Source: Azolla caroliniana
Lineage: Eukaryota > Plantae > Polypodiophyta
DNA length: 64,000 nucleotides
Direction: 5' to 3'
NCBI GenBank assembly: GCA_043228905.1
Contig: JBHGNT010000021.1
Coordinates: 2,914,001-2,978,000 of the forward strand
Below are positions 50,451 to 61,472 of the stretch, one piece after another (positions within the stretch are counted from its first letter, which is position 1; each line of letters opens with the position of its first letter). The position numbers and the translations under genes were made by a program. Under the pieces are notes generated by a model. It saw only the letters and a program-made list of their open reading frames with translations, searched no databases and was not told the origin of the DNA.

Positions 50451-53137
50451 AATGCCTAAGCTTTTACTTGTACATTCATGTGTGCACACATGTGCATAGG
50501 GGAAAGACTCTCATATACACCCACTTGAGATTTTCTTTATGTCCTTGGATGCAACAAACTTTTCATTATTTCCTCATATACACTTTGTCAACCTTTGGAA
50601 GAGACATTTTATTATATGGGTTGTGTTGACAGAGGAGATATAATAGTTTTACACTACAACCCAAACACAACATGTAACACATAATGTCATTAGTGATTTA
50701 GTAGTGTTCTTTGCAAAAGTTTGAAGAATATAAATCATGACTATATAAGATGACTCTAAAAGCATCTCGCGATATAAACACCTTGTCATATGAGCAATGA
50801 ATAAGGCCATATAAATTCATACTCCCAAGCCACTCATTGTGGATTGTACGAATGCAATAATTGCTCCATTGAACATTGGCGGCTTTGCTCTTCTGACATA
50901 TAATATGAATGTAAATTCAAGTTTTCTATTGCACTCTTGGCATGCAACGAGGTCTTTTCACTTTTCCCAATCGTGAAAACTCAACCAATTCAACGAATAA
51001 AGAGAAACCAAAGACTATTTTAGTATTTCACCTTATTTGATATCACACCATTCATGTGTGCCAATACCATTTCAGGCATTTACCATATATGTATATACAT
51101 ACATACTGCCGATTGCATGTATTTCTCTTGTTGGTATACCCTAATCCTATTGCTATGGGTTTTGCTCATACATACTTTAACTCATGATTGCATGTTTTCA
51201 ACCTTTAGCTCTCACCCTTTATATATATTGCTCTATGTTGATGCATCTCTATTGTAGTGCAGAAATGCTTGTGATCCATGATCCACCCTTGGCTGAAGCC
51301 TGCCACTTAATAAATATTAGCAAATGTCTATATTCTTTAGTATCTTTGTCCACATATGTATTTGATCCATGGTTAGTACTTCACTTGTATTGCCCCACAA
51401 AATATATTCATCAATGGGTAAATGCAATTCCTCTCTAGGTTTTAGATTCATCCCTAGCCAACATTATCACATATAGTGATTCATGCATATCTTCTTTGCT
51501 TAGTAAACTTATTCACACTCTCTAGGTTTTTCCCCATGTTGCAATGTTGCATTTGTCCAATCTCTAACGGGCATTTGACACATAATGGCTAATGTATGTA
51601 AACGTTGCTCTCAAAACCAAACCACTCTTTATATCAATACATTTCACTTGGTAAGCTTAGCGCTTCTTTGTGATGTTTCCCCCCTTGTTGATTTGTGAAA
51701 TTTACAGAGAGTTTGTTGTCTATGACTTAACTACAAACTATTTTTCTCATCTTTCTCACTTACTTGTCATTATATGACAATTTAGTGCCAAATATGGATA
51801 TGACATATTCAATTGTACCAACAAAACTAATAATCTCAATTCAATGATAAATTTTATCATTATTATCCAATTGGATGAGTGCATACACTAGGTTGGATAG
51901 GTAAGTGACAACCATAGCTCATTGAAATATTTTGGATGATAAACTAGAACCATTTTGTAACTATACAATAACATAAAAAATGAATATACTTGCAAGAATG
52001 ATAAGATAAGCCATGAACCAATAACATTTTGTATTATCTCTATGTAGAAAGTTATGTATTGTCCACTTTATAATGCAAGGAATAACAAACAAACAAATCT
52101 TGATTGTTATTAAATAGGATCATTAGTCAAAAGTGTCTAAAGACCTTTGTGAGGCATTCATTCATAGACCAACCAAGAGATGACTATGGATTATATCTCC
52201 CATAAAAGAAAAGGAAGACTACCATTCAAAGCACATTCATGATCATAAATTTTCACACCCACCACTATACAGAATAATTGATTTCTCCACTACATAACTA
52301 AATACATAGTGCATGCACACTATTCTTAACATCTATGTACATTATTGTCTACTTGAAATATATGTTTTCATTAAGGTAATAACCAAAAGTGGTAGAGCAC
52401 AATACATATTAAGGTATTCTAATTATGGAGGGATAGGGCCATGTAGAACATCACTTTGGATGATATCCAAAAAGATGAGAGAACTAGAAAGACACTATAC
52501 GATGCCCAAGGCTTGAGATGTCAAGAAAAAATAAATATGTAGGGGACAATCATTTGCGACTTACTTGATATAGGCACAACGAGTGTGAGAGACAGATGTA
52601 ATCTGATCCTACTAGTAAATTTATTACATGCAACCAACATCAATTTTCATTTGGTATAGAAAGTAGGCACGTTATGTTATAATGAATGTCATAAATGTAA
52701 CGAATGAATAGATGGTGTGATGGTTTTATTTTTGGAGCAACAATCAACCTTCTAGACTAGTTATTAAAATTCGAGTAGTTGTGCTTTTGACGTTGCATTT
52801 CACCTAACAGAAATTGAGTTGCTCACAACTAGTATTTGAAAAGACATGTTAAAACAATGGATCAATAACATTTGTGAGGCATTTCCAAAGATCATTAAAA
52901 TTTGTTTACATGCAAAACAAAGAGTAATCACTATGAAGACATCCCATGTTGTGAATGAAATGAAATAGAATTTTTACAAGCTTCAAAAAGTTCCCAAGAA
53001 TGATGTGGTACAAAATAAAGTGTGTTAGTCCATTAGATAGAGATATGAGAGAGATCTAATTAAGGTTCTCATGGTCAAACATGAGGACAACAATAAAACA
53101 AAAAACAATACAAGTTATTCCTACAAAAAGCAAGTGT

Positions 53138-53138
<1 letters not shown>

Positions 53139-53182
<44 letters not shown>
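53139..53182. repeat. (GA)n microsatellite
   Basis: Direct read. Confidence 0.95.
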
Positions 53183-53187
<5 letters not shown>

Positions 53188-53199
53188 ATTTTGTTGTCC

Positions 53200-54360
53200 T
53201 TGGAGGTCAAATCTATTACATGACCTATGTTGTCACACATAATTCTAGTGTACATTAGGCTCGATGATAAGTGGAAGACTAAGGCACATATAATATGGGC
53301 ATTTTGGGTAGATAATCATGCCTTTCAATTGAACAAATGCATCAGCCGTTTTTCCACACATGATCGATGTCATATTTGAGGAATTCACACATCAATTCAT
53401 CTTGTGTACTTGACATCTTTATCTTCTCAAAGAATCAGGACGATCACAACAAACATGTTGCCTCTTCCTTCCCAAACTCTACAAATATAGGCTTCACACA
53501 AAACTCAATAAATGTAAGTTTGATCAAATTCCATTGGAACTCCTTTGTAGAGGGTATCACCACATACAAGCAAAATGTATTTATGGTTTAAGATTGAGTT
53601 GGTTTGACCCATGTGAAATATGTTCAATCATTTCTAGGCTTTGTGAACTTCTATTGACATTTCATCTAAGACTACTTTACAATTGTACCACTTTAATGAC
53701 CCTCATCAACGAGAATTGCCCCGTTTGATGTAATGCCAAAGCTTGACTCACGTTTGAGACTCTCAAGAGAGGTTTGACATCTACCTTGATCTCCCTCCAT
53801 CGTGATCCAACCAAACCTTTTGTAGTAGAATCAAATGCATTCGACGAAATTCATTAAATCTTCGTGGTATACACACTTGTTCAAGAGCTCCCCACCATGA
53901 TTCGCCCTTATGATGTTTTGTAGCCCCTTTTAATCCCATCTAATTTTCAGCCTTGATTCTTTTGAACTTCCACACAGATTTCCTATTAAGTAAATAAATT
54001 ATCCGTGTTGTCATGATGAACTCGTTTAAAAAGTGGCCCACACTATACCTTACTCTAAATTCACATCAAGAGAGGAAACAATGGATCTCATACTCATGAA
54101 TGTCATTTGGCTTTAGAACTCGATGACTTCATTGTTTCCAATTGCAACTCACAATCATGTTACATTTCAAAACATGTTTGTTTTAGCTCTCATCACAATC
54201 CATACTTAAACACATGACCAAACATCGTAAATGAATTGGATTTGTGAGCAACATCTCTAATGTTGAATCGAATTTCCTTGCCAGGGACAACACAACTCAT
54301 ATCTTGGAGTGCTATTTTGCCAAGGGTCACTATCGAGTTTTGAGGGATCACCTTCGTCAT
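53200..54360 (+). mobile_element. Degenerate Ty3/Gypsy pol relic (RT-RNase H)
   Basis: Frameshifted and stop-ridden motifs in the expected order: D.WKT, MPF..TNA.AVF, V(Y)LDIFIFSKNQDDH.KHV (YLDD region), FLGFVNFY..FI, DPTKPFVVESNAFD (cf. DPSKPFVVETDASD). Confidence 0.7.
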
Positions 54361-54709
54361 GGTAAGTCAACTAAAGGACTGGGGGTGTCAATTCCAAACA
54401 AGATGTCATACCTCACCACATAAGGCACTTACCTCTCAACTCCAAGAGACTAGTGAAGCTTTGAGCATTTTCAAGGGTTCCTATAAGCAATATTCTAGAT
54501 TAGACATATTAAACTTCATAGGGATATAAAAAACAATATTCTGGTAACAAATGCATTTTGTGCTATCAACAAGACGATTGGGTTCAAATGTTACCAATTG
54601 CCTCTTGCTTTCTCACTCTTAGCTCCACAGGTTGTGACTAAAGGCCTTCTCAAGCTTGATTCGGCTCCGCCATTCTTCCTCCATCTCAACATTCATGACA
54701 TGTTTGGAC

Positions 54710-54950
54710 CATAGTATGTAACATACTCGAATGCATTTGCAAACAGGTCTAGACATTTGATAACGAATGCGTATGTTATGAAAACATACTTTATGTTTTT
54801 TTTTATTTACATTTTATACCTTAACTTTCTTACCTTAAAAAAAAGTTTTTCCTTATAATAAATAATGAATACAAGAGTATGGTATTTACCATACTTCAAG
54901 GGGGTTTAACATACTCAAATGCGAATGTAGTATGTATGGTTCATACTATG
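54710..54950. mobile_element. Shorter copy of the same hAT-like MITE family
   Basis: TIRs CATAGTATGTAACATAC and (reverse complement) CATAGTATGAACCATAC. It shares the subterminal AGTATGGTATTTA.CAT.CTTC.AGGG.GTTTA with the 33078 copy. Flanks GTTTGGAC and GTTTAGAC form a degenerate TSD. Confidence 0.7.
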
Positions 54951-56639
54951 TTTAGACTTTGGTGATTCTTGGTGATCAAGAATGTTTCACTTTGAAATTG
55001 GCCTTGAGATTGTATATTGTATATTACATTTATGAGAGAAACTTGCATGGGGTCCAAGACATAAATTGACAATGTCAGAAAGGAAAACTCAAATGCAATC
55101 AGCAGCAGGGTTCTATGTAAAGTGTGATACTCGTGAACCTGTTCAAAGCAAAATATGCAATAGTTGAAAAATCTTCTACCTTGTATTCTCATCCTCAAAG
55201 AACAAACATGGCATATGAAAGCAAAAGTGAATCATTCCCCCAATGTGTAAGGTTAAGTAATTAATTCTTTATGTTCAAGTGTGAAAGTTATTTTAAGAAA
55301 AAGCTTGGCTTAACCTAACATGAACCACATAAAGCTTTTGACAAATTATAGATATTTTGAGAGAAATCAAATAATGCTTTTTCACTATCTAAGAACTTTA
55401 CCCATAGCAATTTGCAAGGTTGTTTGGCAAAGACCATCAGAATTCACCCCCCTAAAGATTGCTGGGTGCACAGATACAAATCACACTCTATCCATTGATG
55501 ACGTTTGAAGCCCAGCAAATGGATCACTGAAAACTTGGCTTACCTCTAGAGATAATATTACTTTTCAACATGGATATAAACGGACGAACAAGATGAAACT
55601 TGACAAAACAGAATGAAAATCATACAAGGGCGAGAAAAATTTCTTCCTAATGAGATTTAAAAACGAAAAAAAAAAATCATTGCAAGAAAAGCTAACAAGC
55701 GAAGACTTGACAACCAAGTTGTGACTAGTCATACAACAGATTTAAAAGTCAAAAAACAAAAATCACTGCAAGAAAAGACAGAGAAGACTTGGCAACTATG
55801 TTTAGACAAGTATCACATGAGAAGTATGCATAGTACATGGGAGGCAAGCGCAAAAAATTTGGGAGTACATCATAGACACCACGAATACATGCTCCAATGA
55901 AACTAAACTGACACATTCATCGCTAGTATTCACAAGCAAATGAACCATGGACCTCTTAAATGCTTCTAATTGGAATAGAAACTAGATGAAATTTTATAAA
56001 GGTGAGAAATCTTTACTCTCCACAGCATCAAGAATATAGGGTAGTCACCATAATAGGAACATTGAAGCTTTCATCATATGCTCATGAACTAGCACTTTTT
56101 TTTTTTAGGGCAAGAATAGGAGCAGCACACACCTGATATTTTTTTAAAGCAGTGGTGATAAAGAGTATGTATTGAAGTAAACACCACTATCATGAAGAAA
56201 TTATTTGGGATTCAACAATTTCTATATTGAATAGTGAACAATGGGTCACAAACATCCTATTGGAATAGGGTGGGCATGGGCTATAAAGAGAACCCAATCA
56301 ATTGTGTTAAAATGATCTTAAAATGCCTCCCATTGATTTGATGGCAAATGGACAGCCTAATTCTCTAATGCTATTGAAAATTAAATTTCAAGCCTCTGTC
56401 ATTTGCCATTCAATACATCAACATCACAACAATTTCCATAAGTTTTCAACCATTATTGAATTGTGATACTGCGCATGCAATCTCCTCTCAGAAATCGAAT
56501 TATAGTTTCTGTAGAACATCGTAACAAAAAATGATTCATGCATTAGCTTTTTATCAATCAAATGATCAATCTTTTGCTTTAAAAATTCCTTGTAATCAGG
56601 ACACAGGAGCTCCTACATACCTCCAATGTAAAAACTCAT

Positions 56640-56746
56640 TCATTGCCCAGCTCCTCGTGCTTCCAGTCTTTTTCTTTCAAGTTCTAACTGAAAAATCAAA
56701 CAATTCCTCTCTTTCCGTTTCTGGAATATTCAAGAACTAATATACC

Positions 56747-56800
<54 letters not shown>

Positions 56801-59800
56801 AAACATGCACATATTGGAAGTGCATCTTGATGTTCTTGAAGCTGGATGAAAACAGCAACAGATGCCTCCAAAGTCTAACAGTGATTCCTATGCATGACAT
56901 TACAATAAATACAAGGAGGTCAAACATTGTTGAGTTTTAACAGTTTCTAAGAACATTTCATCCTTGAAACCCTCCTATTTCCGACCAACGCAAGCAGAAG
57001 AGAGGTATGAAGAAAAGGAAAATGAGGGAAGAAACATAGGAAGGGGAGAGAAAGATTTAGAAAAGTTTCCAAAAGATTGTAATTGGCTATTTTGCTCACT
57101 TTAACAGTTTCTAAGAAACATTTCATCCTTGAAACCCTCCTATTTCCGACCAACGCAAGCAGAAGAGAGGTATGAAGAAAAGGAAAATGAAGGAAGAAAC
57201 ATAGGAAGGGAAGATAGAAGAAAGAGGAGAGAGGAGAGAAAGATTTAGAAAAGTTCCCAAAAGATTGTAATTGACTATTTTGATCATGTTAACTCGGCCT
57301 GAATATATTCGATAATGAGGAACTGATGCCAAACTGCTTACACTGATTTGGTATCTGAGAAATGGAACTCAAAATGTTGCCCTGTGAAGAAAGGTGCTGT
57401 GTCATGATTGGTTTATCTTATAAATATCTGTAAATTGGGGTGGTAGTCTGGGCTGGTGTCAGGACTTTTATAGCCTCTTTATTCATTCTTCATGTATAGT
57501 TACCTCCTTATACTCAAAAGCCTCCATATGCATCAGAAAAACATGTCATTCATGTATACTTGAAAGCTTCCATGTGCATCAGAGAAATATGTCAGCATGG
57601 GTCTTTCGTCCTTCTACATATGTCACAATAACAGCCGAGGAGAAATTTTCCTTTACTACCATGCGCAACCCCTTGATAGCTCTCATGCCCCTTTTAGGTC
57701 CTTGTTTCAAGTTCATACTCTCTTTGTTTCTTTCTTTTGAGGATATTGTAATCCCTTCTTACATTTGACCAAGCATCACTTCAATCTGGCATGGTGTTAA
57801 CCTTGCATTTTGCTGCCCTACGTTCATTATTAGATCATACATTACTAGATCACATGTCATCGCTTTACACTAATGTCCATCTTGCATCCTGCAGCTTCAC
57901 ACAATGAGAGAGAGAGAGAGAGAGAGTAGAAAGAAATTTATATTAACATCATCTGGAGGCCAAACTGAACCTAAGGGATAAAGCTGATAATCCAACATCT
58001 ATTACGTTCCTCTAGAGGGTCGCATACCACATAGAGAAGCAAGAAAGAGTGAGTGAAGGAGGATTGGCAGTAGTAAAAATAGATTGGAGATGCTGCTAGG
58101 AGTAGAAGCAAGGACTTGGCAGGAGAAGGTTCCATGAAGAAGTATAAATGAAAGGAGGGCAGGAAGGAGGATCAGCAGCAGCAATAGAATTAGCACAAAT
58201 AGGTCAAGTTGCAAGGAGGGGAAGCAACAACATAAGGAGAAGGAAGGATTAGGACTTCGAATAAACAAGAATTATAGATGAGAAGGATGCAACAGGATTA
58301 GCTCAAATAGGTCGAGTTGCATGGAGGAGAAGCGACGACATAAGAAGAAGCAAGGATTAGGACTTAGAAGAAACAAGAATTATAGATCAGAAGGCTGCAC
58401 GAAGAACGATAGATGGAACAGGAGCACGAGAAGGCTGCAAGAAGAAAATAAAACTGAAATAGGCAATTTGCATTTCGGTTTCACGTTGAGGTTGGCAGCT
58501 GATTAAAGTCAATCCAAAATATCCTCCCACTAGAAAGAGATAGATATATAGATAGATAGATATCTTTTTAATGTCCATGGAAGAAACACTGATTGTGTTG
58601 TATGAAATCTAGAGGATAGTGGCAAGAAAAATGAGCGATGCTTTCCTTTGTTGATTTTGAAGAGGAGCTCCATTGTGTGTCATCAAATTTCTTTTCTGTT
58701 TTATTGATAGACTCCCTCAATCTCAAGCAAGTTGAGGAGGACATTACCTCGTAATCCTACAGCCACATCAAAAGCTATATTGGAATTTTTAAAACTCTTT
58801 TCCCATCTTGCATTTGCTTCCTATGGTCATACCAGGAGTGACATAAATTTTGCACATCCAATATATCTTCCAAAACACAGAGTGAGATATTGAGCTATTA
58901 CTTCATTTGACTGTCCTCAAAACTAATCTAATAGCTCCAGTTTTGTTCTTCCTGTTTGAGTTTGTATATCTAAGCCTTGTATACTTCCTTCCCCTCTGTA
59001 CTTGGGTTCTGTCTTCAAATGATCAACACGTCAAAATCTTAAAGTTATGTCTTCTTTAGAATACATCTTTCAATCCAAACTCGTCCCTTCCCAGTTCAGA
59101 ATTGTGCCCATGCTTGAATTCCTCTATTGTATAACCTGTTAATATTTTTGTTAAATAGATCTATAAGACCTTCACTATATCCTTTTGAGGCTTTCCAAAT
59201 GTCTTCGCATAGCCACAATGCCATGAGGTTCTGTGCTGGCTGACTATCTCTGCATATCTCATTTTCAAGATGTTATAGCACAAAAGATGAATTTCAATGG
59301 ACTAATTGTATTTCTCATTACTATCTAAATGTAATGGGACAAGTTTTCAATCCTATATTTGGATGCAAATTATAAATATTTGTACAAATCCATTAATCTT
59401 AACTTGAAAGAGTGCTCTGAAAGAAACAAGAATTCCTTACCACTTTCTTAACACGTTCATTAGCAGCTGCTGGACCTCCTGATACATTCTCTGGAAAATA
59501 AGGAGTACTTACACGCACTTCATTCATCACCACAATCATCGTATTATCCCAACGGACAGGCAGCCTGGAATGAGAACTAACTAATTATAAGCAACCAGCA
59601 ATAAATTGCCCATAACATTAATAAATTAAAAGGATTAAGTTAAATTTATCAACCTACACCTATATATTGACTGAAGTGGGTCATTCCAATCTTTTCAGGG
59701 GTATTGAGGGATTTCAGTCAGCATACAGGGATATTTTGGTAATTTGCAAAAAGCCTAACTATTCATAAAATACTTACGTTTTAGACAACGCATCAAAAAT

Positions 59801-61472
59801 ATCTTGAGCCTCCTTACTAACCCCAATGCCAATACGTTCTGCCTCAGCTTCAGCTTGCCTGTACACTAAACCCATTATTGTGAAGTAAACAGCATGGGTA
59901 AATGTGCAGAATCATTACATCATTGAATAGGTAAAGTTAAACACCTTATTGCAGCCTCTTCTCGCGCCTTCAAGCTCTCCACATCTATAACTAAGTCCTT
60001 CAAGTCAAGTATATCTTGACTACGTCCCAACACACTAGTTTCCTTGATACAATTTGCCTTCAAAAAACGTAGAGTGCAGTGTGGGCCAGTTTGGCCAATT
60101 TGCTGTGCTAACAAATTAAGGAATACATACTTGAAATGCACGAAATCATATAGGAACTGTAAAATGCTAGTGTGATACAGACTAGAGCATAGACTAATAA
60201 TTTCAAAATACCACATAAAAAATGGTATAATACAAAAATACAGAAGCTAGCAATCAAAACATGATGAACCAGACTATTATCTCTGATCCACTCTTCTAAG
60301 GACTTACAAATTGAGAAAAAAAATGCTATGTCCAGAAGATTCATAGTTTCCAGAAGCCCATAGTTTTCTTAGAAAGATATTTACGATAAATTATATTCTG
60401 GATTTCAATCTGAATGCGTCAGTGAAGCTAAAACCTCTCTGAAAATTTCTTTTGTAAGATTATGTATGATTAAGGTCATAATAACTAACTGAAATTGACA
60501 GTAACAATCAAATCCAAAGTAAGCTCAGAAAATAAGGGAATAATGCAAATCAATTGGTCCCGGCACTCAGAGATATTTATTAGCAAAACCACGATGTCAT
60601 ATCATTGAGGGAAGTGGCATTATCTGCCAATATAGTCAAGATATAGTTGGGGCGTAGTCAAGACTTTGAAGGACTTAGTGAATTCTATGTAGTTTCTTTT
60701 TTTGGCTTTATGGATAATATCTTAGTTCTAATAGTTCTTACATCGAGGGGAAGTTGTTTAGTCTATTCTAGTTCGGTAGATTCAGTAAAGAATGAATGCT
60801 TTTTACGCATCATAAAATGATACTTCTCTCTGGTAAAGATTATTGTGGCTGTACTTTGCAGTCTTAGGAGTGATCTTCGATTGTTTGATTTTGATCTCGC
60901 TGGATGACTCTGAATACGCAAAAACCATTCTTTCACTGAATCTACAAAGTAAGCAACTTTCTTCTACAACAAAAGCTTAGATTCCATCTACAATTCCACG
61001 AATGAGCAGTAAGTACAATATAAAATCCAGACTTTACTGAATCTGCTCAGGGAGAGCAAATTAAATAACTCTCTTCCATAAACAAAGCTTAGATTCTTTC
61101 CACAAATTCCAAGAAAAACACCTTTTGACATAATGATTTCGTACTTCACTGAATCTGAAGATAGCAGCAAGTTCAACAACTCTTTTCTAGAGCTAAATCT
61201 CAGTTTTAATCATAAATCCAACAGACAGCACACAGAGAACAATTTGAAACAAAAAAAAAACAAGAAATAACAATAAAATAAAATGCACTGTGATAACCCT
61301 AGAAGGAAAAAAGAAAAAGGATATGAAGGACGAGAAGGTTTGAAGGCTTATCGAAAGTGACAACTTGACCTTCGAAATGTTCTCCGAGGATAGTGTTGAT
61401 GGAGAGTCTGCATCCAGCAACGAAATCTGAAGCGGAAGGAGAAGAAGAAGAAGGTGTGGACTCCACGGCCAT
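56640..61472 (-). CDS. LSM12: LSM12-like protein (Lsm N-domain plus C-terminal anticodon-binding/AD domain); exons 61472-61325, 60104-59945, 59858-59778, 59564-59441, 56687-56640
   Basis: F.AGCRLSI.T.LGE.FEGQV.TFD..SNLLVL, LRFLKAN.IK, REEAAIRQAE.EAERIG.GVS.EAQ.IFDALSKTLPVRW, VMNEVRV..PY, ANERVKKVLELERKRL. Intron 1 is AT-AC. Confidence 0.88.
56751..56798. repeat. (TC)n microsatellite near the acceptor of the last LSM12 coding exon
   Basis: Direct read. Confidence 0.95.
56937..57285. repeat. Tandem duplication of about 165 bp in LSM12 intron 4
   Basis: TTAACAGTTTCTAAGAA..CCTTGAAACCCTCCTATTTCCGACCAACGCAAGC... occurs twice; the second copy has a short insertion. Confidence 0.9.
58186..58400. 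repeat. Tandem duplication of about 108 bp in LSM12 intron 4
   Basis: ATTAGC.CAAATAGGTC.AGTTGCA.GGAG...GGATTAGGACTT...AAACAAGAATTATAGAT occurs twice. Confidence 0.8.
60105..61324 (-). other. U12-type (minor spliceosome) AT-AC intron in the LSM12-like gene
   Basis: 5' end ATATCCTTT at 61324-61316, branch site TTCCTTAAT at 60123-60115 about 10 nt from the 3' end, terminal AC at 60106-60105. Splicing gives C|AG = Gln in frame. Confidence 0.9.

Noticed and set aside
50700-52000. Possible L1 LINE relic on the minus strand (W...C.....GLG-like motif), and similar at about 21150-21300
   Set aside because: The motifs are too degraded to support without a profile search.
58748-58820. Exon-like 73-nt segment in LSM12 intron 4
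   Set aside because: It has no family similarity and would shift the frame of the conserved LELERKRL exon, and there is no transcript evidence.
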